64,000 nucleotides of DNA from Thermoproteota archaeon (lineage in GTDB: Archaea; Korarchaeota; Korarchaeia; Korarchaeales; Korarchaeaceae). Where the stretch lies: positions 113,409 through 177,408 of the forward strand of contig JAOZFN010000006.1 of the NCBI GenBank assembly GCA_027492205.1, given 5' to 3'. The position numbers were made by a program, and so were the translations under genes. Positions 18,673 through 30,258 of this stretch are shown in pieces; position 1 is the first letter of the stretch, and each line of letters opens with the position of its first letter. The notes beneath the pieces were generated by a model, which was not told the DNA's origin, ran no database searches, and saw only the letters and a list, made by a program, of their open reading frames with translations.

Positions 18673-20507
18673 AGATATTCGCGCTTCATTCGGACAGGAT
18701 CTGGTATAGGGTTAGGGATAGGGCCGTGGCCTCCGCCCCCGAGCCTGAGGAGCGCGAGGCCGAGTACGAGGAGGTTCTCGTCCTATTCACCGCCTTTGAG
18801 TCCTTTGACGACCAGAGTTCCGTTGACAGCGCGGTCTCAGAGGTCAAGACGCTGGCGAGCCGCCTCGGAGTGAGCGAACTCGTGCTGTATCCCTGGGTCC
18901 ACCTCACCGAGGAGCCAGCCCCGTTCCAGAAAGCCCTGGATCTATACACCTCGCTGCTGAAGTCCTTGGCCGATACGGGCTTCACCGTTCACCCAGTGCC
19001 GATCGGCTGGTACAAGGAGTTCGAGATCAAGGTGAAGGGTCACCCACTGGCCGAGTCCCTGAGGACCATCCGCCCGGAAGGGGAGGGGGAGGCCTCGGTA
19101 GAGGAGGAGGCTGAGGAGGTCAGCAGGTTCGTAATTCTCTTTCCCGACGGAAGCGAGCGTGAAGTAGACGGCTGGGAGTGGATCGAGGACCCCGAGCTCA
19201 GGATAGTGGTGCGAAATGAGGTGTTCGGCAAGCCCCCATCCGGCAGGGAGCCCGAGCACATACGGCTCATGAGGAGGCTGGAGCTGGTCGACTACGAGCC
19301 CTCCTCCGACGTCGGTCACTTCCGCTTCTACCCCGAGGGAACGCTGGTGAAGAGGCTCATCGAGGACCTCGCGTTTGAGGTCGCCCACAGGATAGGGGCC
19401 ATGGAGATCGAGACTCCCCTTCTCTACAGGCTCGACGACCCCGCCATAGCTGGCCAGGCGGCGAAGTTCAGGGAGAGGAACTACCAGATCCCCATGGGGA
19501 AGACCACCCTTATACTGAGGTTCGCCGGCGACTTCGGCCTCTTCTCCATGATGAGAGACATGAACATCTCCTATAGGGATCTGCCCCTCAGCTTCTACGA
19601 GATCTCCCCATCCTTCAGGCTCGAGCAGAGGGGGGAGTGCGTCGGCCTGAGGAGGCTCAGGGCCTTCACGATGCCCGACATCCACTCCTTCGTGGCCGAC
19701 GTGGATCAGGGGATGGAGATGTACGAGCGGTACTTCACGGAGTACCACCGCCTGCTGCGAGATCTCAACGTGGATTACGCGGTCGTGTTCAGGATCGTGG
19801 AGAGCTTCTACGAGAGGCTCAAGCCGGCAATCGTGAGGATGCTGTCGGCCGTAGGCAAGCCGGCCCTCATAGAGCTTCTCCCAAAGATGAAGCACTACTG
19901 GGCCCTAAAGCACGAGTTCCAGGTCGTCGACACCTCTGAGGGGAACGGCCAGCTCAGCACGGTCCAGCTGGACGTGGAGGACTCTGAGAGGTACGGTATC
20001 TTCTACGTCGACAGGGACGGAAACAAGAGGCCGGGCGTCATAGTCCACACCTCCATGGGGAGCGTCGAGAGGCTGATGTACGCCATCTTGGAGACCGCGG
20101 CGAAGTCGACCGCCAGGGGGGAGAAGCCCTCCCTGCCGGTGTGGCTAGCGCCCACGCAGGTCAGGGTTATCCCGGTATCGCCGGACAACGCTGAATTTGC
20201 CCTCTCCCTCGCTGATAGATTGAATTCAAGCGGAATAAGGGCAGACGTCGATGATAGGGAGCTGACTCTGGCCAAGAGGATAAGAGAAGCCGAGAGAAGG
20301 TGGATTCCCTATGTCGTCGTTGTGGGCAAGCGGGAGCAGGAGACCGGGAGGCTCTCGATCAGGAGGAGGAGAGACGGCGCTGAATACGAGGCCGGCCTGG
20401 TGGAGCTGATCTCTGAGATCAAGTCTCTCACCGAGGGCAAGCCATTCAGGCCTCTAAACGTCCCTATGAGGCTGAGCAGGAGACCGGTGTTCGTGGGATC
20501 CTCCTGA
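18669..20507 (+). CDS. thrS: Threonine--tRNA ligase (archaeal type with N-terminal editing domain)
   Basis: YPWVHL, KGHPLAE, LRFAGDFG, RLRAFTMPDIH, QLSTVQLD and WLAPTQVR motifs. Confidence 0.95.
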   Translation: MKIFALHSDRIWYRVRDRAVASAPEPEEREAEYEEVLVLFTAFESFDDQSSVDSAVSEVKTLASRLGVSELVLYPWVHLTEEPAPFQKALDLYTSLLKSLADTGFTVHPVPIGWYKEFEIKVKGHPLAESLRTIRPEGEGEASVEEEAEEVSRFVILFPDGSEREVDGWEWIEDPELRIVVRNEVFGKPPSGREPEHIRLMRRLELVDYEPSSDVGHFRFYPEGTLVKRLIEDLAFEVAHRIGAMEIETPLLYRLDDPAIAGQAAKFRERNYQIPMGKTTLILRFAGDFGLFSMMRDMNISYRDLPLSFYEISPSFRLEQRGECVGLRRLRAFTMPDIHSFVADVDQGMEMYERYFTEYHRLLRDLNVDYAVVFRIVESFYERLKPAIVRMLSAVGKPALIELLPKMKHYWALKHEFQVVDTSEGNGQLSTVQLDVEDSERYGIFYVDRDGNKRPGVIVHTSMGSVERLMYAILETAAKSTARGEKPSLPVWLAPTQVRVIPVSPDNAEFALSLADRLNSSGIRADVDDRELTLAKRIREAERRWIPYVVVVGKREQETGRLSIRRRRDGAEYEAGLVELISEIKSLTEGKPFRPLNVPMRLSRRPVFVGSS

Positions 20508-20534
20508 CGCGCCGTCCCGCATTAAAGATCAGAG

Positions 20535-20611
20535 TGGCGGCGGGGGTGGGACTCGAACCCACGACCGCCCGGTTAACAGCCGGGCGCTCTACCTAGCTGA
20601 GCTACCCCGCC
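20535..20611 (-). tRNA. tRNA-Asn(GUU), CCA encoded
   Basis: Reverse complement GGCGGGGTAGCTCAGCTAGGTAGAGCGCCCGGCTGTTAACCGGGCGGTCGTGGGTTCGAGTCCCACCCCCGCCGCCA; anticodon loop CT-GTT-AA. Confidence 0.95.
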
Positions 20612-20650
20612 CGGAGGGGGGGAGGAAAGCCCCATAAAAAGGGTTTCCCC

Positions 20651-22894
<2,244 letters not shown>

Positions 22895-22931
22895 TTAGCG
22901 CAGGATATGCCCGAGTTATAAGGGGTTCACC

Positions 22932-24047
22932 TCACGCCGAGGAGATCACCGGCTTGCCCCTGGACTCGAGGTCCCTCACCATCTGCGGCATGACCGCCCA
23001 GGTGCTGTGGGCCACTATCTCCTCCCAGTCGTCCTCCACGAACCCGTAGTGAATGGAGGCCATCAGGAGCTCGTCGAACTCGCTGAAATCGGCGAGGAAA
23101 CGCTCGTCGCTCAGGGCGAGGATGATCCTGGCGGCCGCGAGGCGCGAGTCCACCTCCCGGTAGACCGGCCTCTTGCCCCTCACGTTCGCGCGCGACCTGG
23201 CCTCCCTCACGAGCACCCCGGCGAGCCTCTCGACCTCTCCCATAGCCCACCTGGCCAGCTCTGCCTCGACAGGCATGAGCTTGGCCCTCTCCTCGTCTAT
23301 GGGAAGGTTGGCCCGCACGATCTCCGCTTCTCTGCTCAGCAACTCGCGGACGCGGGCGGAGCCGCCGTCTAGGCGCTCCGCCGCCCTGGTCTTGACCGCG
23401 TTCAGCTGCCCCCACCTGGAGATGTTGACCTCGCTCTCAGGAGTCACGCTGTCAGCTGGCACCTCCACGTCCGTCTCGGACGCGAGTGCGTCGAGGACCT
23501 CTCCCATGTCGAAGAAGACCAGCGCCTCCCTCACGGCGGCCGCCGGGTCGTCTGAGGCGTGGACGAGGTTGAGGACCCTGTTGACCCCCTTGAGGTCGTA
23601 CCTTATCTGACCGGGTCTGCCGGCGTCGGGGGTCGTCGGCCCCAGTATCTCCCTCAACCTCCCGGCGAGGTGCCCGCTGGCTCCGGGGTTCCCCTTGAGG
23701 AGCAGGGCCACGGTAGGCGATGCGGTGTAGACCTTCTCCATGATCCACCAGGAGTTCGCGTACTTCAGCTTCACGAACTTGTAAAGCTCGTCGATTATCT
23801 CAGGCGTGAACCTGGCGATCCTGTAGTCGACGATCCTGAACCCGGCGGACTTCAGCCTCCTGATGACCTCCGGCGCCAGGCCTCTCGCGTAGCACCCCGG
23901 CTTTATCAGGGCGAAGGTGAAGTTCGGCAGCTCTCTCAGGTGGCGGGGGGAGGCCTCCGCGACGAACCTCTTCTTGAGCTCCACAAAGGCCTGCCTCTCC
24001 ACCTCGTCCTCGCGTTCGAAGTATGAGAGTGGGTCAGGGGCCCTCAA
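22932..24047 (-). CDS. Nucleoside-diphosphate kinase domain protein with long C-terminal extension
   Basis: TFALIKP, GPTTP...PGQIRY and NLVHASD (phospho-His motif). Confidence 0.8.
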   Translation of the reverse strand: MRAPDPLSYFEREDEVERQAFVELKKRFVAEASPRHLRELPNFTFALIKPGCYARGLAPEVIRRLKSAGFRIVDYRIARFTPEIIDELYKFVKLKYANSWWIMEKVYTASPTVALLLKGNPGASGHLAGRLREILGPTTPDAGRPGQIRYDLKGVNRVLNLVHASDDPAAAVREALVFFDMGEVLDALASETDVEVPADSVTPESEVNISRWGQLNAVKTRAAERLDGGSARVRELLSREAEIVRANLPIDEERAKLMPVEAELARWAMGEVERLAGVLVREARSRANVRGKRPVYREVDSRLAAARIILALSDERFLADFSEFDELLMASIHYGFVEDDWEEIVAHSTWAVMPQMVRDLESRGKPVISSA

Positions 24048-26103
24048 TCCCTCTCACCCTGTAGATTGCGACGTTCGGCACTCCGATGGACCTCCCGCCT
24101 ATGTGCACAAGATCGAACATCTCCGGGGATGGCCCGTAGGTCTGGTTCTGGAACTCGGAGATTGCGTGTAGGCTCAGCTTGAACAGGGACTTCTGCAGCG
24201 CGTAGTCCGTCGGGAAGTACCTGTTCGCCTCCTGGACATACTGGAAGAGCCTCGGGATGTCGTACTCGCCGAACTTGTACGGCTCGGTGTAGGGGCTGTA
24301 CTCGAACTCCCCCGCGATCCAGCCTATCGCCAGCCACTTTCCGCCGTGCGGGCTGAGGAACTGGCCAGTGTAGGGGTCGTAGACCTCCCCGAGTAAGTCG
24401 ATGATGACGTAGCTGGCGTTGAACCTCATGGCTAGGTCGAGGAGGTCCTCCTCCGACCCCATGAAGCCCTTCGCTATCAGCCGGATCTGGGTGCTGTTTA
24501 TGGTGAGCCCGTCTGCCAGCGTGACGACGTCCGAACCGTAGGCTAACCAGTAACCGTAGTCCCACCAGGAGATCGCGGTTTGCCGCTCCGCGTTCTCCCT
24601 CATGTAGGAGAGGGCGTCGTCCCAGCCCTGGGTGAACCCCAGCCTGTAGTGGGCGGCCAGCTGATAGGACCTGTAGGCTGTTCCAGAGAGCGGGAGGACC
24701 GTGAAGAGGACGACCATGGCGATTGGAAGGGCCAGAACCTTTATCTTGCGGGACAAACCGATTTTCTTGGCTTTTCTCCTCTTATTACCCACGGCGAACT
24801 TCTTTACCCTGGACTCCCAAACATCCCAAGCCCTGTGGGTGAGGTAGGCCGCGGATAGCGCCACGAACGGGGAAGCCAGGGGCGGAAGCCTGATCATGGA
24901 GTAGGAGAAGTACAGCGTAAGTGTGGTGAAGTATATGACGAGGAGGTGTCCCTTGTCCCTCCTCCTCTCTAGGAACATGAGCACCAGGCCGAGGAGGGCG
25001 GGCAGAAGTATAATCCTCATGCTCCGACCGAGTTCTCGCCCGGTAAACTTGTGCTCGGCAACGGTCTCCACCACGCTACCCTTGGGGAGTTCGATCCACG
25101 GGAACACCACCCTTGCCAGCCGGTAGGTTAGCGGTTTGTACACTCCCAGGGCGAGGAGGACGGCGATCACAGCGCCGAAGGTGGCTAGGGCGGCTATCCT
25201 CTCGTCGACCTTCCTGGCGAGGTCTGACCTCAACCTGGGCCAGAGCAGGTAGGCAGCTCCGGCCAAGAGGGCGCCGTAGACCAGCGTGGTCTCCATGCCG
25301 ATGTAGACCCTCCTCTGCTTGAGGTGCGGATACAGGGCGATCGAGGAGAGTATCACGTAGCCCGAGGGCAGTGCCAGCGCGAGGTAGTCCCTCAGGTCGG
25401 CCCAGTTGAACGCCATTAGCCCGAGCAGGAAGAGCGGATACCCGTCGTAGAGCGCCCTGAACCCAGCCCAGAGCCCCGCCGCGCACACGAGCATCAGACC
25501 GCTCAGCCCTGCGAAGAGCAGGGACTTCGACTCGTCCTCCTCCCTCATTGCCCTCAGCGTGAAGTAGAAGCTGGCCGCCAGGAAGGGAAGAGCGAACTGC
25601 TCGTGCCTGTAGAAGCCCGCGATGGTCCTCATGACCGCAGGGTAGCTCACGCTGGCCAGCATCGCGGCGGCGAAAGCTGGCACCCTCCTGCCGTCCCACA
25701 GGAGCTTGGCGGTGAAGTAGACCGGGAAGACCATGAGGGGCGCGAAGAAGGCGGGCGTGTATACCACGACCTCCAGCAGGGAAATGCCTGGCTTAACCAG
25801 GGCCGCCAATCGATAGATCAGCGCACCTAGGTAGTAGTGGAGGACCGGCAGCACCCTCGCGGGGTCGTAAGACCAAGGGTGCCACCCAAGCGGCCAGTAG
25901 TGCGGAAGGTGGCCGTGCTCGATGAGATACCTGGTGATCATGTAGTGAAGGAGCGGATCGTCGGAGGTGAGCTTCACCCCGTAGTTGAGGGCGCTCTGGG
26001 CGCGGATGAAGACGCCGGCCGCATACGCCGCGAGAACTAGCGCGGAGTCTATGAGATGACCCTTAAGGCCCCTCGAGTCCTCCTTCTTGGTCTTGGCAGG
26101 CAC
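24034..26103 (-). CDS. aglB: Oligosaccharyltransferase (STT3 family)
   Basis: Multi-pass membrane protein with DDP, ETVAEH, SWWDYGYW and ADG motifs. Confidence 0.92.
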   Translation of the reverse strand: MPAKTKKEDSRGLKGHLIDSALVLAAYAAGVFIRAQSALNYGVKLTSDDPLLHYMITRYLIEHGHLPHYWPLGWHPWSYDPARVLPVLHYYLGALIYRLAALVKPGISLLEVVVYTPAFFAPLMVFPVYFTAKLLWDGRRVPAFAAAMLASVSYPAVMRTIAGFYRHEQFALPFLAASFYFTLRAMREEDESKSLLFAGLSGLMLVCAAGLWAGFRALYDGYPLFLLGLMAFNWADLRDYLALALPSGYVILSSIALYPHLKQRRVYIGMETTLVYGALLAGAAYLLWPRLRSDLARKVDERIAALATFGAVIAVLLALGVYKPLTYRLARVVFPWIELPKGSVVETVAEHKFTGRELGRSMRIILLPALLGLVLMFLERRRDKGHLLVIYFTTLTLYFSYSMIRLPPLASPFVALSAAYLTHRAWDVWESRVKKFAVGNKRRKAKKIGLSRKIKVLALPIAMVVLFTVLPLSGTAYRSYQLAAHYRLGFTQGWDDALSYMRENAERQTAISWWDYGYWLAYGSDVVTLADGLTINSTQIRLIAKGFMGSEEDLLDLAMRFNASYVIIDLLGEVYDPYTGQFLSPHGGKWLAIGWIAGEFEYSPYTEPYKFGEYDIPRLFQYVQEANRYFPTDYALQKSLFKLSLHAISEFQNQTYGPSPEMFDLVHIGGRSIGVPNVAIYRVRGIEGP

Positions 26104-26147
26104 GAGCCAGGCCGCCAGGCGGTCTATAAATTACTTGACCCGACGGA

Positions 26148-26456
26148 TCACGAGCCCCCCACGCGCCTCAGTTCCTCTTCTACGGACTCCTTCAGCGCCC
26201 CAAACTCATCTTTGAGAAGCCGAAGGGCCTCGAAGATCTTCCTAACGGGGTCCCCATCCTTGGACCTGACGTAGAGCACCCCCTCCTCTTTCAGCGGGTG
26301 CGGAACGTCGTACCCGGCGAAGTCAACGCCCACCTTGTGCAGGGCCTTCACCAGCGGGTCCAGCAGCGTGTAGGTCTCACCCCGAACCCGGACGGTGACG
26401 AGGTCTCCGTCTCTCTCTATGGAGACCTCCAACCTCTCCTCCTGCTCGCCGCTCAA
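26148..26456 (-). CDS. rpo11: DNA-directed RNA polymerase subunit Rpo11 (L)
   Basis: GETYTLLDPL and FAGYDVPHPL motifs; csl4 neighbourhood. Confidence 0.9.
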   Translation of the reverse strand: MSGEQEERLEVSIERDGDLVTVRVRGETYTLLDPLVKALHKVGVDFAGYDVPHPLKEEGVLYVRSKDGDPVRKIFEALRLLKDEFGALKESVEEELRRVGGS

Positions 26457-27076
26457 CTCTCCTCCCCCTTGAGCCTAGTGATGACCACCTCAGGAGGCGC
26501 CCTGAACCAGAAGACGCCGTCCTCATCTTCCTCGATGAGGCCCTCCTCCAAGGCCTCCTCTAGGACGTCCAGGAACGGCCTGCCGGAGACGTAGGCGGCG
26601 GCCACGAGGGTCTCCCTGACCTTTCTCTGCCTTATCTCGGCCCTGGCCTCCGTGACGAGGTCCTGAAGTTCGGCCACCATCTCCTGGAACTCATCCGGCG
26701 TCACGTCCGTGACCAGCTCGTCGCCCACCCACCCGACCTCGTGACCGGCCGCCTCCAGCGCGGTCGTCAAGAGGCTGTAGGACACCCATCCCCTGCGCTC
26801 GTCTATCCAGTCCCTGGGGTACCTCCTGGTGGGACCCTCGGCGTGGACGAGGGCGAAGTTCCTGTAGGCCGACCGGGCGACCCTCTCGGCCCTGGTCATC
26901 TCCTCCTTGGTCCCGTAAACGGTGATGTAAAGCTTTCCGGGCACGGCGAACCTGTAGCTGTAGTCCAGCCCCTCCATCTTCCTCTCGAGGTAGTCGAGGA
27001 AGTCCGACAGACTCTCCTGGCTGACGTTGAGCACGAAGCTCCTCTTCTCGATCCTCTTTAGGCCGCCGTGCCTCAC
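26453..27076 (-). CDS. DUF2067-like protein
   Basis: Lies between csl4 and rpo11, a conserved archaeal context; YITVYGT pattern. Confidence 0.6.
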   Translation of the reverse strand: MRHGGLKRIEKRSFVLNVSQESLSDFLDYLERKMEGLDYSYRFAVPGKLYITVYGTKEEMTRAERVARSAYRNFALVHAEGPTRRYPRDWIDERRGWVSYSLLTTALEAAGHEVGWVGDELVTDVTPDEFQEMVAELQDLVTEARAEIRQRKVRETLVAAAYVSGRPFLDVLEEALEEGLIEEDEDGVFWFRAPPEVVITRLKGEES

Positions 27077-27080
27077 CAAC

Positions 27081-27647
27081 TCACACCGTCCCCCTGAACG
27101 GGTTTTTGCCATATAAGTCGCTTACCCTCCTGTCCAGAACCACCCTACCGCAGTCCTCGCAGACCAGCGTGTAGCCCACCCTCTTCAGCGGGGCCCCACA
27201 CTTCGGGCACCTGGCCAGGATTACCCCCAGCGAGGGGCCCGCCATCGTCAGGACAACCTGCTCCGAGTCGGACCTCATCACCCTGGCCAGGATGAGGTCG
27301 CCGGGCCTGGCTCCCTGGTTGGCCGGGTGAGACTTCAGCATGATCCCTGATATGGGCTCCTGAAGCCTGATCGGCCGCTTCCCAGCGATCCCGATAATCT
27401 TGACGTGGTGCAGGGCTCTCTCAGTCCCCCACACCACACCGACAACTTCCGTCCCGGGCTTGAGCGGGAGCAACGGCCTCCTAAGAGGTTCAACTCTGAC
27501 CTTGCCCCCTTCCACGACGAAGTAGCCGAGCCTGGTCGACCTGACCTTACCCTCAGCGTCCACGTAAGCTCCCTCTCCCGGAAGAACCTCCTCGATGACC
27601 CCCAGAGGCTCACCGGGGATCACAAGCCTCTTCTGATCTTTGGACAT
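27081..27647 (-). CDS. csl4: Exosome complex component Csl4
   Basis: VIPGEPLGVIEE, S1 domain (PGDLILARV), GVILARCPKCG...CEDC Zn ribbon. Confidence 0.9.
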   Translation of the reverse strand: MSKDQKRLVIPGEPLGVIEEVLPGEGAYVDAEGKVRSTRLGYFVVEGGKVRVEPLRRPLLPLKPGTEVVGVVWGTERALHHVKIIGIAGKRPIRLQEPISGIMLKSHPANQGARPGDLILARVMRSDSEQVVLTMAGPSLGVILARCPKCGAPLKRVGYTLVCEDCGRVVLDRRVSDLYGKNPFRGTV

Positions 27648-27658
27648 GCAATCACCCC

Positions 27659-28294
27659 TCAGGGAGGCTCCTCGTCATATAAGCGTTCGAATCTGAGGAC
27701 CTCAACGCCCACCTCGACGCTCTTCCTTCTGTGGAATTTGAACCTCCTGGCAATGGAAAAAGGATATCGCCGCACGTGCGTCAGCTCGGCGCCGAGCCTG
27801 GAGGCGGCCCCGGCGAGGAATTCGGCGTTCCCCTCCCTGTGAATGGAGTAAACCACCCTCCCGGACCTGAGGGCCCTCACTAGGAAGGTTAGGTCGGGGA
27901 CGCCACCCCGGATGCCGAACGGCGGGTTCATGACCACCGTGTCCACGGCCTCCCTGAAGTCCACCACGTCGCTCACGTAGATCCTCACCCTATCCGCCAC
28001 GCCCAACCTCCAGGCGTTCCTCCACGCCGTGACCACCGCAAGCGGATCCACGTCGATGCAGACGACCTCCCTCGCGCCGAGCAGGGCCGCGCCCAGCCCC
28101 AGCACCCCCGATCCGCAGCCGAGGTCGGCGACGATCCTCCCCTCGATGTCGCCCAGGTCGAACGCCCACGCGAGAACCTGGGACGCAAGCTCGGGGGGAG
28201 TCTCGTACTGCTCCAGCTCCGGCTTCGGGTTTGGAAGGGGCTCGAGGGAAGAGAGGAGCCTGGCGAGCTTCCCCTCGGAGGGCCTACCCGCCAC
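27659..28294 (-). CDS. METTL5-family RNA adenine methyltransferase
   Basis: LEQYETP, DLGCGSG, MNPPFG, YSIH and FKFH motifs. Confidence 0.9.
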   Translation of the reverse strand: MAGRPSEGKLARLLSSLEPLPNPKPELEQYETPPELASQVLAWAFDLGDIEGRIVADLGCGSGVLGLGAALLGAREVVCIDVDPLAVVTAWRNAWRLGVADRVRIYVSDVVDFREAVDTVVMNPPFGIRGGVPDLTFLVRALRSGRVVYSIHREGNAEFLAGAASRLGAELTHVRRYPFSIARRFKFHRRKSVEVGVEVLRFERLYDEEPP

Positions 28295-28796
28295 CGGAGA
28301 TCCTCTCTACCACCAGCCTCGTCATGTGGGGGAGCTTCCTCTTGCCGACGCTCAGGCAGTACTTGCCCTCCTCTAAGTCCTCCTCCTTGACCCTGAGGAG
28401 GAGGATGGTCTGCCCCCTCCTGACCTGGGCGGCTCTACCGTCGGGCTTGCCGAAGGCGAGCCTCATGCCCTTCTGGAGCCTCTCCGCCTTGTGCACACCC
28501 GCCATCGCGTGCTTCCTGAGGATGTGGTGCGGGTAGGGCACCACCTTGAAGAAGTACTCGCCGCTCACTATCCTCTTCCTGAGCTGCGAGAGCACGGCCA
28601 TCCTGGCGGCCTCCATGGCGTTGGCCCTCAGCTGGAAGCTGGCGGTGGCCTCGACCCTGATCTCGTAGTCGTAGTCCAGGTTTGGGTTGCCGTGGTCGAA
28701 CTTCTGGATCTTGCTGTAGGGTATGCTCTTGATGTACTCCTTGCGGGTGTAGGGCCTCTGGATTGCCCTGTAGTTCCGGGCCGGTCTCAGCGACAT
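28284..28796 (-). CDS. rpl10e: 50S ribosomal protein uL16 (L10e)
   Basis: LRPARNYR...YTRKEY, EAAR, YPHHILR and GMRLAFGKP motifs. Confidence 0.95.
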   Translation of the reverse strand: MSLRPARNYRAIQRPYTRKEYIKSIPYSKIQKFDHGNPNLDYDYEIRVEATASFQLRANAMEAARMAVLSQLRKRIVSGEYFFKVVPYPHHILRKHAMAGVHKAERLQKGMRLAFGKPDGRAAQVRRGQTILLLRVKEEDLEEGKYCLSVGKRKLPHMTRLVVERISGGG

Positions 28797-28797
28797 A

Positions 28798-29499
28798 TCA
28801 ATCACCCACCATCGCGTCTCTTATCCTCCTCACCGCCCCGAGCGCGTAGAGGGTCTCCTCCTCGGTAAGCCCGCAGGGAAACACCCTCCCGATCACCCGG
28901 CGGGCCATGAGGCGGAGCCTCCTCCTCTTGTGCTCGGGCAGGTCTACGCGGTCGATGATGTCGTCGAGGTACTTAAGCATTATCTCGACGGTCTTCCTCT
29001 CCGGGGGCCTGATGTCCATCTCCCCGGCGTCAATCGCCATCCTGAACTCGTATAGCACTACCGCCACCGCGTTGGCCAGGTTCAGCGTCGGGTACTCCCC
29101 CGAGGTCGGAATCGTGATCAGGACGTCGCACCTGGTGAGCTCCTCGTTGGTCAGGCCGGTCGACTCCCTGCCGAACACAAGGGCGTACTCGGCGTCCCAC
29201 CTCAGGCTCTGGACGTACTGCCTGAGCGGCACGACCTGCCTGAGGATCGACCCCGGCGAGCCTGGCTTCGCGGTGGTGCCGACCACCACGTGGGCGCCCT
29301 CGAACGCCTCCTCTAGGGAGGTCACGACCCTCGCCCCCTCCAGGACGTCCCTCGCCCTCATGGCCGCGGCGTAGGCCCTGTCGAACGACTCGAACATGGG
29401 GTTCACGAGGTAGAGCCTCCTGAAGCCGAAGTTCTTCATGGCCCTGGCTATCGAGCCAACGTTTATTGCGTTCTCGGGCTCGACCAAGATCACTCTCAT
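28798..29499 (-). CDS. trmJ: SPOUT tRNA 2'-O-methyltransferase, TrmJ family
   Basis: NVGSIARAMKNFG, VFGRESTGLTNEEL and YPTLNLA motifs. Confidence 0.9.
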   Translation of the reverse strand: MRVILVEPENAINVGSIARAMKNFGFRRLYLVNPMFESFDRAYAAAMRARDVLEGARVVTSLEEAFEGAHVVVGTTAKPGSPGSILRQVVPLRQYVQSLRWDAEYALVFGRESTGLTNEELTRCDVLITIPTSGEYPTLNLANAVAVVLYEFRMAIDAGEMDIRPPERKTVEIMLKYLDDIIDRVDLPEHKRRRLRLMARRVIGRVFPCGLTEEETLYALGAVRRIRDAMVGD

Positions 29500-29530
29500 C
29501 GTCGCCAACGGAACCACCAGGTGACCGAGA

Positions 29531-30211
29531 TTGCTGGAACTCCTGCCAGACTTAATAACGCTCATCGGGCTCGAGATCGGCTTCCAGTCCATCTACCTCG
29601 CCGCGACGGGCAGGTTCTACGAGGCCGCGAGGCTGTTCTTCCTCGCCCTCTTCTTCGACTACCTGGACGGGCTGGCCGCCAGGCTGCTCGGGACCGAGTC
29701 TCCCAGGGGGGAGGTTCTGGACAGGGCGGTGGACAGGATAAACCAGTGCGTGGCCCCGGCAGTGCTCTACGCGGCTGCCGGAGGTCCTCTGGAGAGCGCG
29801 GTGGCCTCCCTGCTCGTGATAATAGGGATTGTGAGGCTGTCCATACCCAAGGACTCGCGATACTTCAGGGGGGCGCCCCTGTTCATCCCGGCCCTGTTGA
29901 TCGAGTGCTCCGTACTGGCGGGTCTGGACCTGCACCCCCTGATCCTGCTCCCCTTCATTCTGGCGACGGGCCTCCCCATCCCCTACCCGAGGTCCCAGGC
30001 AACGTCGGTGGGGGAGGGGAGCGGGTGGAGGAGGTTCCTCTGGGGCCTCAGGCCGATCCTCCCGCTGGTCATGGTCTTGGGGCCTACCGAGCTGGTCTCG
30101 CCCCTGTCCAAGGCGGTCGTCATCTTAGCGGCGGCCTACACCCTCGTTGGGCCGGCGATAGCCAGGATGAGGTGGGTGGGGGAGCCAATCTGGGCCAAAA
30201 ATAGGGGGTGA
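29531..30211 (+). CDS. CDP-alcohol phosphatidyltransferase family (archaetidylserine synthase-like)
   Basis: DYLDGLAAR...S..GEVLD..VD signature; YFRGAP. Confidence 0.8.
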   Translation: MLELLPDLITLIGLEIGFQSIYLAATGRFYEAARLFFLALFFDYLDGLAARLLGTESPRGEVLDRAVDRINQCVAPAVLYAAAGGPLESAVASLLVIIGIVRLSIPKDSRYFRGAPLFIPALLIECSVLAGLDLHPLILLPFILATGLPIPYPRSQATSVGEGSGWRRFLWGLRPILPLVMVLGPTELVSPLSKAVVILAAAYTLVGPAIARMRWVGEPIWAKNRG

Positions 30212-30258
30212 ACTTGGGCCCGACCCCCCTGAGATCAAAAGAGGGGGCCCCGGAGGGC

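Noticed and set aside
20535-20611. tRNA genes as integration (att) sites
   Set aside because: No duplicate of either tRNA 3' end and no integrase were seen in the window.
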